In this document: piece by piece, positions 26,073 to 34,937 of the stretch
Position numbering within the stretch: the stretch's first letter is position 1
Layout of the letters: each line of letters begins with the position of its first letter
From: an uncultured virus (IMG/VR IMGVR_UViG_3300035191_000065)
Taxonomy: Duplodnaviria > Heunggongvirae > Uroviricota > Caudoviricetes
Virus record (IMG/VR): IMGVR_UViG_3300035191_000065
Reading direction: 5' to 3' (one strand)
DNA length: 41,556 bases
Position numbers and translations under genes: made by a program
Notes under the pieces: model-generated
Database searches by the model: none
What the model saw: only the letters and a program-made list of their open reading frames with translations
Told to the model about the DNA's origin: nothing

Positions 26073-27532
26073 ACTATCGAGACGACAACGATGATGGGCG
26101 CTACGTAGCAGTTCGCCCTCCGCTCACTGCCCAGCAGGTCATACCCCCGCAGATGGGGGCTATCGTACCCATATACGACGACGACTCTCCGATTGCGAGC
26201 TGCGCAGGGTGTAGTAACCTCGGAACAGAAAATCCTGAGGACGGACAATTTGCTGGACGCCCCTGGTGGTTTTGGGTTGGGATCGGCGTTGGTGTTGGAG
26301 CCGGCATCTACTTCGTCAAGCGCTCCCGTATTCTTCGCAATCCCGATGAGCTGAGTGAGGCTCAGATCGCACAGCAGGCTGCTGCAATCGCCGTCCAGTC
26401 CGGTGTCCCAACCATCTTGTGGGGCGCTCCTGGTATCGGTAAAACGACCTGGCTGGAAGCTCTCGGCGAAGCGATGGATGCCGAGGTCTTCACCGTTATT
26501 GGCTCGACGAAAGACCCGGCAGACATCGGCGGCATCATGAAGCTCGATGGCTCGCTGGTCCCACCAGTTTGGGCTCAGGAGATCAGGGCCAGGGCCGATC
26601 AGGGTAAGCGCTCGGTTCTGTTCCTGGACGAGTTCACGAGCATGAGCCCACTCGTTCATGCCGCTATGCTGCGGGTGGTGCGCGAGAAGATCGCTGGGGA
26701 GCTGAACTTCGATCCGAAGAGCGGGCCGCTCCGTGGAGAGGCATGCAGTGTCGTCGCCGCCGCGAATCCGTCTGGAGAGGGTGCTGGAGCCATCGACTTG
26801 CCGCCGCCAGCGGCAAACCGGATGCTCCACATCAAGTGGCCAGAGCCCTCTGGGATCATCTGGGGTCTCGGTCTGATGCTCGGGTGGGCCAGGCCTCGCT
26901 TGTTCTCACTTCCGAAGGACTGGCGAAAGACTTCAGAGGCCATGAGCGCCAAGGAGGATATTGCGGCCTTCCTTCGTCGTCGTGAAGAGCTTTTCATGAT
27001 GATGCCGAAGACGCAGACAGAGCGCGGCCTTGCGTGGCCGAGCCCGCGAACCTGGGACATGGCGGCAGAAGCCCTCGGGGCAGGACGTGCTGTCTGGGCT
27101 CCGATGGACGTTCAGGCGCTGCTTGTCAAGGGGTGCGTGGGTGAAGGTCCAGGCGGCGAGTTCATGAACTGGATCAAGGAGAGAGACCTGCCAGACGCAG
27201 AAGAGGTCATGCTCGATCCAACCATCTGGGACGTGAAGAACGCCCGCAGCGATCAGATCTACGCTGTCGGTCAGTCGCTCGTCGCGGCGGTACAGCGAAA
27301 GCCCTCAGAAGAGCGTTTCCTTCAGGCGTGGGATGTCGTCGGTTACGTCGTCGACGAGACAAACAAGGTCGACGCAATGTTTACGACGGTCCTCGATCTG
27401 ACCAAGATCGCTACGAGTGATCGCTATCCACAGATCAAGGGCACGAAGCCGCCGAGCCGCCTGGTGAAGAAGTTCTTCCCCATGATGAAAAAGGTCGGCG
27501 TCTTGAAGGGTCTGGCGAAGAAAAAGAAGTAG
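26069..27532 (+). CDS. Membrane-anchored MoxR/AAA_5-type AAA+ ATPase B
   Basis: GAPGIGKT, VLFLDEF, AAANP, PPPAANR, PSPRTWD. N-terminal CAGCSNLG, TM WWFWVGIGVGVGAGIYFV, RNP. Confidence 0.9.
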   Translation: MNYRDDNDDGRYVAVRPPLTAQQVIPPQMGAIVPIYDDDSPIASCAGCSNLGTENPEDGQFAGRPWWFWVGIGVGVGAGIYFVKRSRILRNPDELSEAQIAQQAAAIAVQSGVPTILWGAPGIGKTTWLEALGEAMDAEVFTVIGSTKDPADIGGIMKLDGSLVPPVWAQEIRARADQGKRSVLFLDEFTSMSPLVHAAMLRVVREKIAGELNFDPKSGPLRGEACSVVAAANPSGEGAGAIDLPPPAANRMLHIKWPEPSGIIWGLGLMLGWARPRLFSLPKDWRKTSEAMSAKEDIAAFLRRREELFMMMPKTQTERGLAWPSPRTWDMAAEALGAGRAVWAPMDVQALLVKGCVGEGPGGEFMNWIKERDLPDAEEVMLDPTIWDVKNARSDQIYAVGQSLVAAVQRKPSEERFLQAWDVVGYVVDETNKVDAMFTTVLDLTKIATSDRYPQIKGTKPPSRLVKKFFPMMKKVGVLKGLAKKKK

Positions 27533-27534
27533 GG

Positions 27535-28275
27535 ATGGCCATTGTCACGGAGATACGCTGCGGAGGTGGAGTACACGAGGTCGAAGTAGACCGCGGTGGA
27601 TTAACCATCTTCGATTTTGACTACGACGAGGAGGCCGTTCTCGTCGAGATGGGTTACTCCGGTAGCCCCTGCTACCAGGCTATCAACTTCTACCCCACCA
27701 AGCCTCTCTACGTCCTCATGATGCTTCAGAGGGGGCTTTGGGCAACGGAAGATTACGGAGTCGGCATTCTCCCATACGAGGCCTGGGTGCAGCTAGGGAT
27801 TGACTATGTCCATCACATCGATTGGGTATTCTCTGAACGCGGGCAGCAGCAGCACTTTGAAATGTTCGCGGAGGCTGAGCACCCCTGGTTTTACAGTGCC
27901 GTGAGAGCGGTAGAGGGTTCGCTGGAGGGTCGTTTTACAACGATGATGCTCGACAAGGTTCGGAAAAACCTTCGAGATCAAGGGCTGTATGTCGGTCATC
28001 CACCTGCTGCGTACCACGCCAATAAAAGTGCCGTTCAGCTCATCAACGCTGCAGAGTGGCTCGTTGCCATCTCGCTACCAAAGGTTCGGGCAAAGGCCGA
28101 AAAGAACTTTTTCAAGTACATCTTCGAGGTCAGCTCGCAAGCACAAGAGGCCGTGAGGAACAAGGCCATTCAGGAGAACGAAGATCCTGACAAGGCGGAG
28201 ATGGAAGAGAAGAAGTGGCAGCTCGATCACACGCTCGACTTCATCGAGCGATACCATGAGGAGACGTCACCATGA
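27535..28275 (+). CDS. LxEMGY-module protein 3 (helical C-domain)
   Basis: EIRCGG..EEAVLVEMGYSGSPC; tail EKKWQLDHTL. Confidence 0.85.
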   Translation: MAIVTEIRCGGGVHEVEVDRGGLTIFDFDYDEEAVLVEMGYSGSPCYQAINFYPTKPLYVLMMLQRGLWATEDYGVGILPYEAWVQLGIDYVHHIDWVFSERGQQQHFEMFAEAEHPWFYSAVRAVEGSLEGRFTTMMLDKVRKNLRDQGLYVGHPPAAYHANKSAVQLINAAEWLVAISLPKVRAKAEKNFFKYIFEVSSQAQEAVRNKAIQENEDPDKAEMEEKKWQLDHTLDFIERYHEETSP

Positions 28276-30005
28276 CGATTCGAATGATCAACCCAGGAAG
28301 GCCTCGAAGGGGGCGAAACCCTGGTGACCCATATGAGCTGGTGCGGGCAGCGCGCCTTTTTCTGCTCAGGGCATCGCAGCGGCCCTATCTCGCGACAGCA
28401 GCGATGACGCTTCGCATGGTGCACGACAAAAGCATCCCGACAGCGGCTGTCGATTCGAGCTGGCGGATGTACTTCAACGATGAGTTTTTGGACAGGGCAG
28501 GTGTCGAAGCTGGCGCGGCTGTCATGGAGCATGAGCTGTGGCACCTGCTCCGTCGTCACGGAGAGCGCGCCCGAAAACTGAACGTGCCCCGCGATCTGGC
28601 GAAGGTCTGGAACTTCGCGGCAGACGCGGAGATCCATTCTGACGATACGCTCGTGAAACGGCTCAAAGAGATTCCTGGATTCGAGCCGATCACTCCAGAG
28701 AGCTTCAACTTCGAAAAGGGGCTGCTGGCGGAGGAGTATTACGAAATGCTCCTCGAAGCTCCAAAGGGCGATGTCTTCGGTGAGACGCCTGACGGCGACG
28801 TCAAGGTGTACAAGCGAACCATCATCAAGGTGAAGAAGCCTGGGAAAGAACCGCCTCCCGAGCCGCCGCAAGAAGGAGAAGAAGACGAGCCGCCGCCAGT
28901 TGGTCCTCCGCCGGATCCGGTTATTGTCTATGAGTACGAAGAACCCTGGACAGGAGAGCGGCCTCCAGGGACGAAACCTCCTTATGTCATTTACGATCCT
29001 CGCCTGCCTCAAGAAGGAGAAGAAGGCGTAGGAGAGAGAGGTCAGCCGGTAGAGGGCGAAGGTGATTTCGAAGAAGGCGAAGGTGAAGGCGAAGGCGAAG
29101 GTAAGAGCGCTGAAGACAAGTACGACGAGGGAGAGCAGGTCGAGCAGGGGCAGACCACAGGTGGTGAGCCTAGCTCCACGCCGCATGTCGGAGAGGGCGA
29201 TTGTGGTTCATCCGCAACTGGTATCCCGGCTCCCTGGGAGGATGAGCCCGACGACTTCGTTGATCGATCGCAAGAGGACTTCATCCGAAAAAAAACGGCC
29301 GACAAGGTCATCGAGGAGTCAGCTACGGGTCGTGGAACGGGCGTGGGCTCGACAATAGTTCAGTGGGCCGAAGAAGAGCTTTCGCCATCTGCGGTGAATT
29401 GGCAGCAGCAGCTCCGAAGCGCTGTCTCGAACGCTATCAACTTTGTGGCAGGTTCTTTCGAGTTCTCTCGCCGTCGCGTGAGCCGGCGCCAATGGCACCA
29501 GAAAGACATTCTACTCCCAGGCCTCGTTCACCCTGTGCCTGAGGTGGCAATCATCATCGATGTCTCCGCCTCGATGTTCGCCGCGTTCAACGATGGCAGC
29601 GCCAAGGCGAAGGGGAATTACACGCTCCTCGAACAGGCGATGGGAGAAGTTGCAGAAATTGTCAGGCAGTTCGGTTCGACGATAGGTGTCAGTGTCTTCG
29701 CGACGGACACGACGGTCTCGTGGACTGGTCGGATTTTTAACCCGTCTGACATTCAGAAGTATCTGAGTGAGGCAAAGATCGGCGGCGGAACAGACCTGAC
29801 AGTTGGGATGAACGCTGCCTATCATTCGCAGCCCCGCCCGAACATCATGGTAGTCCTGACGGACGGTGGCACTCTCTGGCCCGACTCTCCGCCGCCCAAC
29901 ATGCGGGTTGTTATCGGTATCGTCGGAAGCGATGAGGCGCAGATGGAGAGGTGGGGCGGAATACCACCGTTCGGTGATGTCATCTACATCACCTCTGGCA
30001 AGTGA
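28272..30005 (+). CDS. DUF2201-type putative metallopeptidase with vWA domain (MoxR partner)
   Basis: PTAAVD..HELWHLLRRH (HExxH)..WNFAADAEI; Pro/Glu/Gly-rich linker; DCGSSATG; MIDAS DVSAS, GGGTD, VLTDG. Confidence 0.9.
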   Translation: MTIRMINPGRPRRGRNPGDPYELVRAARLFLLRASQRPYLATAAMTLRMVHDKSIPTAAVDSSWRMYFNDEFLDRAGVEAGAAVMEHELWHLLRRHGERARKLNVPRDLAKVWNFAADAEIHSDDTLVKRLKEIPGFEPITPESFNFEKGLLAEEYYEMLLEAPKGDVFGETPDGDVKVYKRTIIKVKKPGKEPPPEPPQEGEEDEPPPVGPPPDPVIVYEYEEPWTGERPPGTKPPYVIYDPRLPQEGEEGVGERGQPVEGEGDFEEGEGEGEGEGKSAEDKYDEGEQVEQGQTTGGEPSSTPHVGEGDCGSSATGIPAPWEDEPDDFVDRSQEDFIRKKTADKVIEESATGRGTGVGSTIVQWAEEELSPSAVNWQQQLRSAVSNAINFVAGSFEFSRRRVSRRQWHQKDILLPGLVHPVPEVAIIIDVSASMFAAFNDGSAKAKGNYTLLEQAMGEVAEIVRQFGSTIGVSVFATDTTVSWTGRIFNPSDIQKYLSEAKIGGGTDLTVGMNAAYHSQPRPNIMVVLTDGGTLWPDSPPPNMRVVIGIVGSDEAQMERWGGIPPFGDVIYITSGK

Positions 30006-30742
30006 GCGATGGGGGTGAACTCGTGTCCTTCGTACTTGCTGCCCGATGCGACGACCAAATCGTCGATGCCCAAGTCGACGATGACGGCGATTTGACCCTC
30101 GACTACGACCTCGAAGAAGACATCGCGCTCGAAGAGATGGGGTATCCAGCGTCGGACTGCCTTAGTCTCGTCCGAGAGTTCGAGGATGAGCCCGTCAAGG
30201 CTCTTCTCAGTAATGAGGCGTTGCTCATTCCTGAGGCGGATAGGGTGCTGTTGGCGATTGGCATAGCGGACCATGCGATCGAGAGATTCGGGAGGTATCA
30301 CGGAAAAGACTATTTTTCGGACTCTCCTGAAAAAAGACTCGCTTTGAGAGACATCATTATGATGTCCGGAAATATAACGAGGGCTTCACAGGCTTATCGC
30401 TTGCTTGAAAGAGCAAGGGGGGAGGTAAAACTCGCCGAGCATCGCAAGGATGTTTCTGAAGCAGACAAGGCTTTCAGAATCGCCTACAGCGATGAGCTGA
30501 TCGCCACTGCCGTCCGAGAGGCGATGAAGGCTCTTCATGCTCACCTCTACGGACATACACAGCTCGCCGGGCCAGCTCCCGTGCTTGTGCGGAAGTTTTC
30601 GCAGGACACAGCGTCTTATACAAGGCAGTCAGCGACGCAGCAGGGTATGGCTGAGCGAGACCAGAAAGCTTACGGCAACGAGTACCAATGGCAGCTCGAC
30701 TACATTCTCGACTATTTTTCTGACCAGGAGGATGAGGAATGA
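30002..30742 (+). CDS. LxEMGY-module protein 4 (helical C-domain)
   Basis: GTGA overlap; DYDLEEDIALEEMGYPASDC; tail EYQWQLDYIL. Confidence 0.85.
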   Translation: MSDGGELVSFVLAARCDDQIVDAQVDDDGDLTLDYDLEEDIALEEMGYPASDCLSLVREFEDEPVKALLSNEALLIPEADRVLLAIGIADHAIERFGRYHGKDYFSDSPEKRLALRDIIMMSGNITRASQAYRLLERARGEVKLAEHRKDVSEADKAFRIAYSDELIATAVREAMKALHAHLYGHTQLAGPAPVLVRKFSQDTASYTRQSATQQGMAERDQKAYGNEYQWQLDYILDYFSDQEDEE

Positions 30743-31503
30743 GTATCTTCCTGCAGCTCCCCTGCGAAGAGGATGGTCTCGCCACCATCGAAATTACGAG
30801 CGATGGTGAGATGGTTTTTGTCGACTACGACATCGAGCAAGATGTTGTCCTTGAAGAGATGGGCTACGAGACGCCTCTGTGCCTTGAAATACTGAGGGAG
30901 TGGGAGAGGGCGCCGATCGATTTTCTCTGTCGCTCTGACATCATTCCGACAAACCTCCTCGGCTTCGTCACCTGTCAATGGGCTGCCGAGGCATTAGCGC
31001 GAAACGAGGCGTTGCTCAACCAGAGCATCGGATGCGTCAAGCAAATGAAATCTCTCCTCGGAGCGTGTCGACGTTTTTGGTCCGCGAAGAGGGGAATGCC
31101 GCTCAAGCGAGTCTACTCGGCGAAACAGCAGGTATTTGATTGCTGGAACGCCTATGTCAACAAGAGGCGAGAGAGCTTTGCGGGGTCGAACTGGCGCCCA
31201 CCTTTTGCAGGTGAGAGGACGCTCGATGCAGTTCTCGGTTGTGCATCGGTGATTGCCGAGTATGTCAACGAGATCGAAATGGTGGGCGGTCTTCAAACTC
31301 CGCTACAGCTCCCCTGCGAGGTGGCAAAAGCAGCAATGCAATCCATAGTCATCCACTATCCAACGGTCGCATCGCATCGCCACCCATTTGAATCAGATCA
31401 CAAAATATTCACCGAGTCAGTCTGGATGATCCAGGAGGAGATCGATGAGGTGAATCAGAAGCTGGCGCTCGCAGCGCTCAGGGTTCTCGAAAGGCACGGC
31501 TGA
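30739..31503 (+). CDS. LxEMGY-module protein 5
   Basis: LPCEEDG..DYDIEQDVVLEEMGYETPLC. Confidence 0.85.
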   Translation: MSIFLQLPCEEDGLATIEITSDGEMVFVDYDIEQDVVLEEMGYETPLCLEILREWERAPIDFLCRSDIIPTNLLGFVTCQWAAEALARNEALLNQSIGCVKQMKSLLGACRRFWSAKRGMPLKRVYSAKQQVFDCWNAYVNKRRESFAGSNWRPPFAGERTLDAVLGCASVIAEYVNEIEMVGGLQTPLQLPCEVAKAAMQSIVIHYPTVASHRHPFESDHKIFTESVWMIQEEIDEVNQKLALAALRVLERHG

Positions 31504-32348
31504 TGGGCATTCTGCTGAAGATAGAGTGCGACGGCGAGATTCAGAACGTGGAGGTGACAGGATCTGGAGACCTCGTCTTTGAGGAGTTCGACATCGAAGA
31601 CGCGCTTGTTCTCGTCGAGATGGGTTACGAGCCTGACCTCTGTGCAAAAACCTATCTCAAGTGGCAGACCAATCCGTTTAAAACACTGTTCGCGCTATTC
31701 AGGTGGGAGGACAACGAATACTGGACGTCGGGGCCTTGGTACGACATCAAGGCAGAAACCGGCTTCATTTGGGTGAAGCGAGCGCTCACCATTCTCAAGA
31801 AGATCGGAAGCCCACCGTTTGTCGTCGCGCACCCAATAGCCTCTTACTTCCGCGGTGGCGAAGATGAGCCGGATTACTACCAGGTCGACCCAGTGGAGTG
31901 GGTTGAGGGGCTCAAGGAGATCTACGGAGAGCTGTACGATTTCGATCCAGACCTCGGAACCGACGACAGAAAGGCGAAGAGAGACCTCGAAAAGCACAAC
32001 AGGTTTATGGGGCGCGCGGTCAGCGACGCAAACTTTGAGCAATCAGAGAAGAACGATATTCCTTGGAAGACGGACTACTCACGCTACCCACAATTTGTCC
32101 TCAAGGCCAGGTTCTATGCCGCCAGTGCGCTCTTCGCCCTTGGTCAGATGATCAGAAATGACAACGATGCCCGACTCGAAAGAGCACACTCAAATTTCGA
32201 GGAGATCCAGAAGTATATCGGCCTCGCCGCCATCTACGAGGCCGCACTGGACGGAGCCACGAAGTCAGAAGCGGCTGACTTTTCCTATGAGACGCGCCGG
32301 CAGCTCATCGGTCAGTTCGTCCAGGTTCTTGAACGGAGGCATTCATAG
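31503..32348 (+). CDS. LxEMGY-module protein 6
   Basis: IECDG..FDIEDALVLVEMGYEPDLC. Confidence 0.85.
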   Translation: MGILLKIECDGEIQNVEVTGSGDLVFEEFDIEDALVLVEMGYEPDLCAKTYLKWQTNPFKTLFALFRWEDNEYWTSGPWYDIKAETGFIWVKRALTILKKIGSPPFVVAHPIASYFRGGEDEPDYYQVDPVEWVEGLKEIYGELYDFDPDLGTDDRKAKRDLEKHNRFMGRAVSDANFEQSEKNDIPWKTDYSRYPQFVLKARFYAASALFALGQMIRNDNDARLERAHSNFEEIQKYIGLAAIYEAALDGATKSEAADFSYETRRQLIGQFVQVLERRHS

Positions 32349-32350
32349 CC

Positions 32351-33118
32351 ATGGACACCTTCTATCTCCAGGATGGTGATGAGGTCCACAGGGTCGATGT
32401 TGAGGGTGCAAGGGACATCTACGTTTTCGCCGATCATGGAGATGAGGAAATCGCGGAAGACCGAGTCCTGGTCGAGATGGGCTACGAACCAGGGAGCCAG
32501 TGTTCGAGGTTCGTGGGGATGCTTGGCGATCGGCACTTCATTGAGGCGTTTACGACCTCGGAAATCTGGTCTCCGGAGGTCGTCGCGCGTTTCCTGATTG
32601 AGCTGGCGCGTTCCTGGTCAATCCCAGCACTGCCGCCAGAGAACTACACCTTTACTGTCTCCACCTATCGTTCCAAGGGGAGCGGAAGCTTCGATGATTT
32701 CGAGATAACGCCTGAAGTATTTGTTGACAGGTCCGAGTCGTTCCTGGACATGGTGACCAAAGAGCACAGGTATATGGACCCGGATGACGACGAGGACTTC
32801 GATGACCTGCATCACACGATTGCGGCGTACTACGACATCGCTCGTATCCGTGACAATGAGGTGGTGGAGAATAACGCTGTATCGTCCCTGGATTACATGC
32901 TGCGCTGTGTTGGGGATCTTTGGGCTGGGGCCTATAACGTCGAGGCCTTCTACAAAAACGCGAGGCGGTCTATAACCGAAGCTCTTCATGTCGCGCTGTA
33001 TTCCGGTCGTCAGGAAGCGCTGGGGGGTGATGAGTTATCGGTGGCCGTGTTCTTTGTAGTCTCTGATCTCCTTCGCATTACTTCCCGTGTAACCCAAGCG
33101 CATAAGGATGAGCTGTGA
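32351..33118 (+). CDS. LxEMGY-module protein 7
   Basis: AEDRVLVEMGYEPGSQC. Confidence 0.85.
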   Translation: MDTFYLQDGDEVHRVDVEGARDIYVFADHGDEEIAEDRVLVEMGYEPGSQCSRFVGMLGDRHFIEAFTTSEIWSPEVVARFLIELARSWSIPALPPENYTFTVSTYRSKGSGSFDDFEITPEVFVDRSESFLDMVTKEHRYMDPDDDEDFDDLHHTIAAYYDIARIRDNEVVENNAVSSLDYMLRCVGDLWAGAYNVEAFYKNARRSITEALHVALYSGRQEALGGDELSVAVFFVVSDLLRITSRVTQAHKDEL

Positions 33119-34197
33119 TGGCCTACGAAATAAAAATCGGCGACTTCGACGCGATAATTCATGACGACGGAAGTCTCGAAGTCCCTGGCTATGACCCGGA
33201 GGAGCAAGCTGTCCTTGCCGAGATGGGCTATGAGCTGGGACTCGACTATTGGATTGTTAAGTCGTGGGACCTCGTTCTCCAGGCCCTCAAGGAAGAAGGG
33301 CAGCTCGATGATTTCATCGAAGCGCTTCAGGGAAAACGCACCCAGTACGATTATTACGTCGGACGAAGCCTGTGGCCGTTCGACATCGATGATGTCAAGA
33401 GTGCCCTTGTCCTCGCTCTTCAGCACTACATGAACAAGGAATACACGGACGACGCCGTTGCGGTCGCCAGCGTCATCAAGGAGATGCCGTGGTCCCTGAA
33501 TGATATGCCAGAGATAACGGTAGAGTCGCATCTCAGCGAAGACCAATTCGGGTATCCGCGAGTGGTTCGATACGAGACACATCGGCTGATGATCGACGGA
33601 GAGGAAATTGCTCAGTGGGAGCACGCTGTTGAGAGGTCGTCGTACAGCTACAAGTATTTTGATTCGGATCTGACAGACCTCAGAGAAGCTGGGCTTGAGA
33701 TTGGCCCTGAAATGGTCGAAGGGCTCACAGAAGTTCTTGAAGCGCTTGGTCTTGAAGATGAAGAGCCAGAGGGGCCAGACGAAGACGATCTTTACGTTCC
33801 CAGGCCAGAAGACGAAGACAGCGACGAGCTATTCGGGGTGATGTACGAAGAGATGACCTATTGGCATCCGACCAAGGGGAAGCTCGAAGAACCCGAGGTT
33901 GAGGTCGAGGTCGTCATTTACGCCAGAGAAAGCGACGCAAGCGAAGCGGCTGCACTGGCGCAAAAGATGATAGGAGAAACAGGAGACAGTGTAGAGGTGT
34001 CTCTTGTGCGGCGTCGTACTCCTTCTGAAGAGGCCGAGGACATCGAAGAGGCCAAAGACCGTGCCGCGCTGAGACGTCAGTACAGGCTTTTCAACGGTGG
34101 CGCTACCCAGGAGGTCGAAGAGCCCGATCCCATCTATCTGGAGTGGCGCCCCCTGGAAGAGAACTGGCAAGATCGTCCTGAGGATTTTGAGGGCTGA
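33118..34197 (+). CDS. LxEMGY-module protein 8 (acidic subfamily)
   Basis: DDGSLEVPGYDPEEQAVLAEMGYEL; very Asp/Glu-rich. Confidence 0.85.
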   Translation: MAYEIKIGDFDAIIHDDGSLEVPGYDPEEQAVLAEMGYELGLDYWIVKSWDLVLQALKEEGQLDDFIEALQGKRTQYDYYVGRSLWPFDIDDVKSALVLALQHYMNKEYTDDAVAVASVIKEMPWSLNDMPEITVESHLSEDQFGYPRVVRYETHRLMIDGEEIAQWEHAVERSSYSYKYFDSDLTDLREAGLEIGPEMVEGLTEVLEALGLEDEEPEGPDEDDLYVPRPEDEDSDELFGVMYEEMTYWHPTKGKLEEPEVEVEVVIYARESDASEAAALAQKMIGETGDSVEVSLVRRRTPSEEAEDIEEAKDRAALRRQYRLFNGGATQEVEEPDPIYLEWRPLEENWQDRPEDFEG

Positions 34198-34199
34198 GC

Positions 34200-34925
34200 A
34201 TGAGCGTGGTCCTTGAAATATTCTGCGACTACGAGGGAAGGTCCAAAGAGTTCGAGATCACTCGCGGCCTCGATATCACCATCCTTGATTTTGATGAGGA
34301 AGAGGCCATTGTCCTCGAAGAGATGGGCTACAATGTCCATCCTTGCCTCAACCTCAAGCGTGTCATGCAAGACCAGCCAGCGGTCCTCGTCATTAACCTC
34401 ATTGATTCTGGGCTCGATGCTGATTTGTTGCTTCGGATTGGAGTGGAGCAATTGGAGCGAGTCATCCCTTGCTGGGCAGCGGTTCATCCAAAGCGCGATG
34501 AGCCCCAGCAAATTATTGGGATGGTTAAGGCTGTTCTAAGCGGCGAACATGTTGACGAGGAAGAGATTGACGAGCTTGAGTCCGATCTCGTCATAGCATG
34601 CGATGATGCGGCGGCAGATGCTTGGAGACGAGGATCCAAAGACGACGATAGGGCAGCGAAAGCGGCCTGTAACGCGGCACTCGACCTCATCAGAATGGCC
34701 CGTCTTTTTCATATTCGCCCCTGGTATTTTCCTCGCGGCGCACAGTCAAAATATGAGAGGCGCATAAAGGATGTACTGGGAAAGTGTGTCGGGGCAGTTC
34801 AGGAAAAGGCTGATTTTCAGGGTAAAGATCGAACGAAAGCAGGGACTAGAGAAAACGCCTGGCAGGCGAGCCGGCTCATCGAGCTGCTCGAAGAGCAGCA
34901 ACTGGAAGAAGATTTTTCTGACTGA
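34200..34925 (+). CDS. LxEMGY-module protein 9 (Imm5-like helical C-domain)
   Basis: DFDEEEAIVLEEMGYNVHPC; ERVIPCWAAVHPKRDEPQQII..AVLSG; Ala-rich helices; ENAWQASRLIELL. Confidence 0.8.
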   Translation: MSVVLEIFCDYEGRSKEFEITRGLDITILDFDEEEAIVLEEMGYNVHPCLNLKRVMQDQPAVLVINLIDSGLDADLLLRIGVEQLERVIPCWAAVHPKRDEPQQIIGMVKAVLSGEHVDEEEIDELESDLVIACDDAAADAWRRGSKDDDRAAKAACNAALDLIRMARLFHIRPWYFPRGAQSKYERRIKDVLGKCVGAVQEKADFQGKDRTKAGTRENAWQASRLIELLEEQQLEEDFSD

Positions 34926-34937
34926 GGGAGAAGAACC

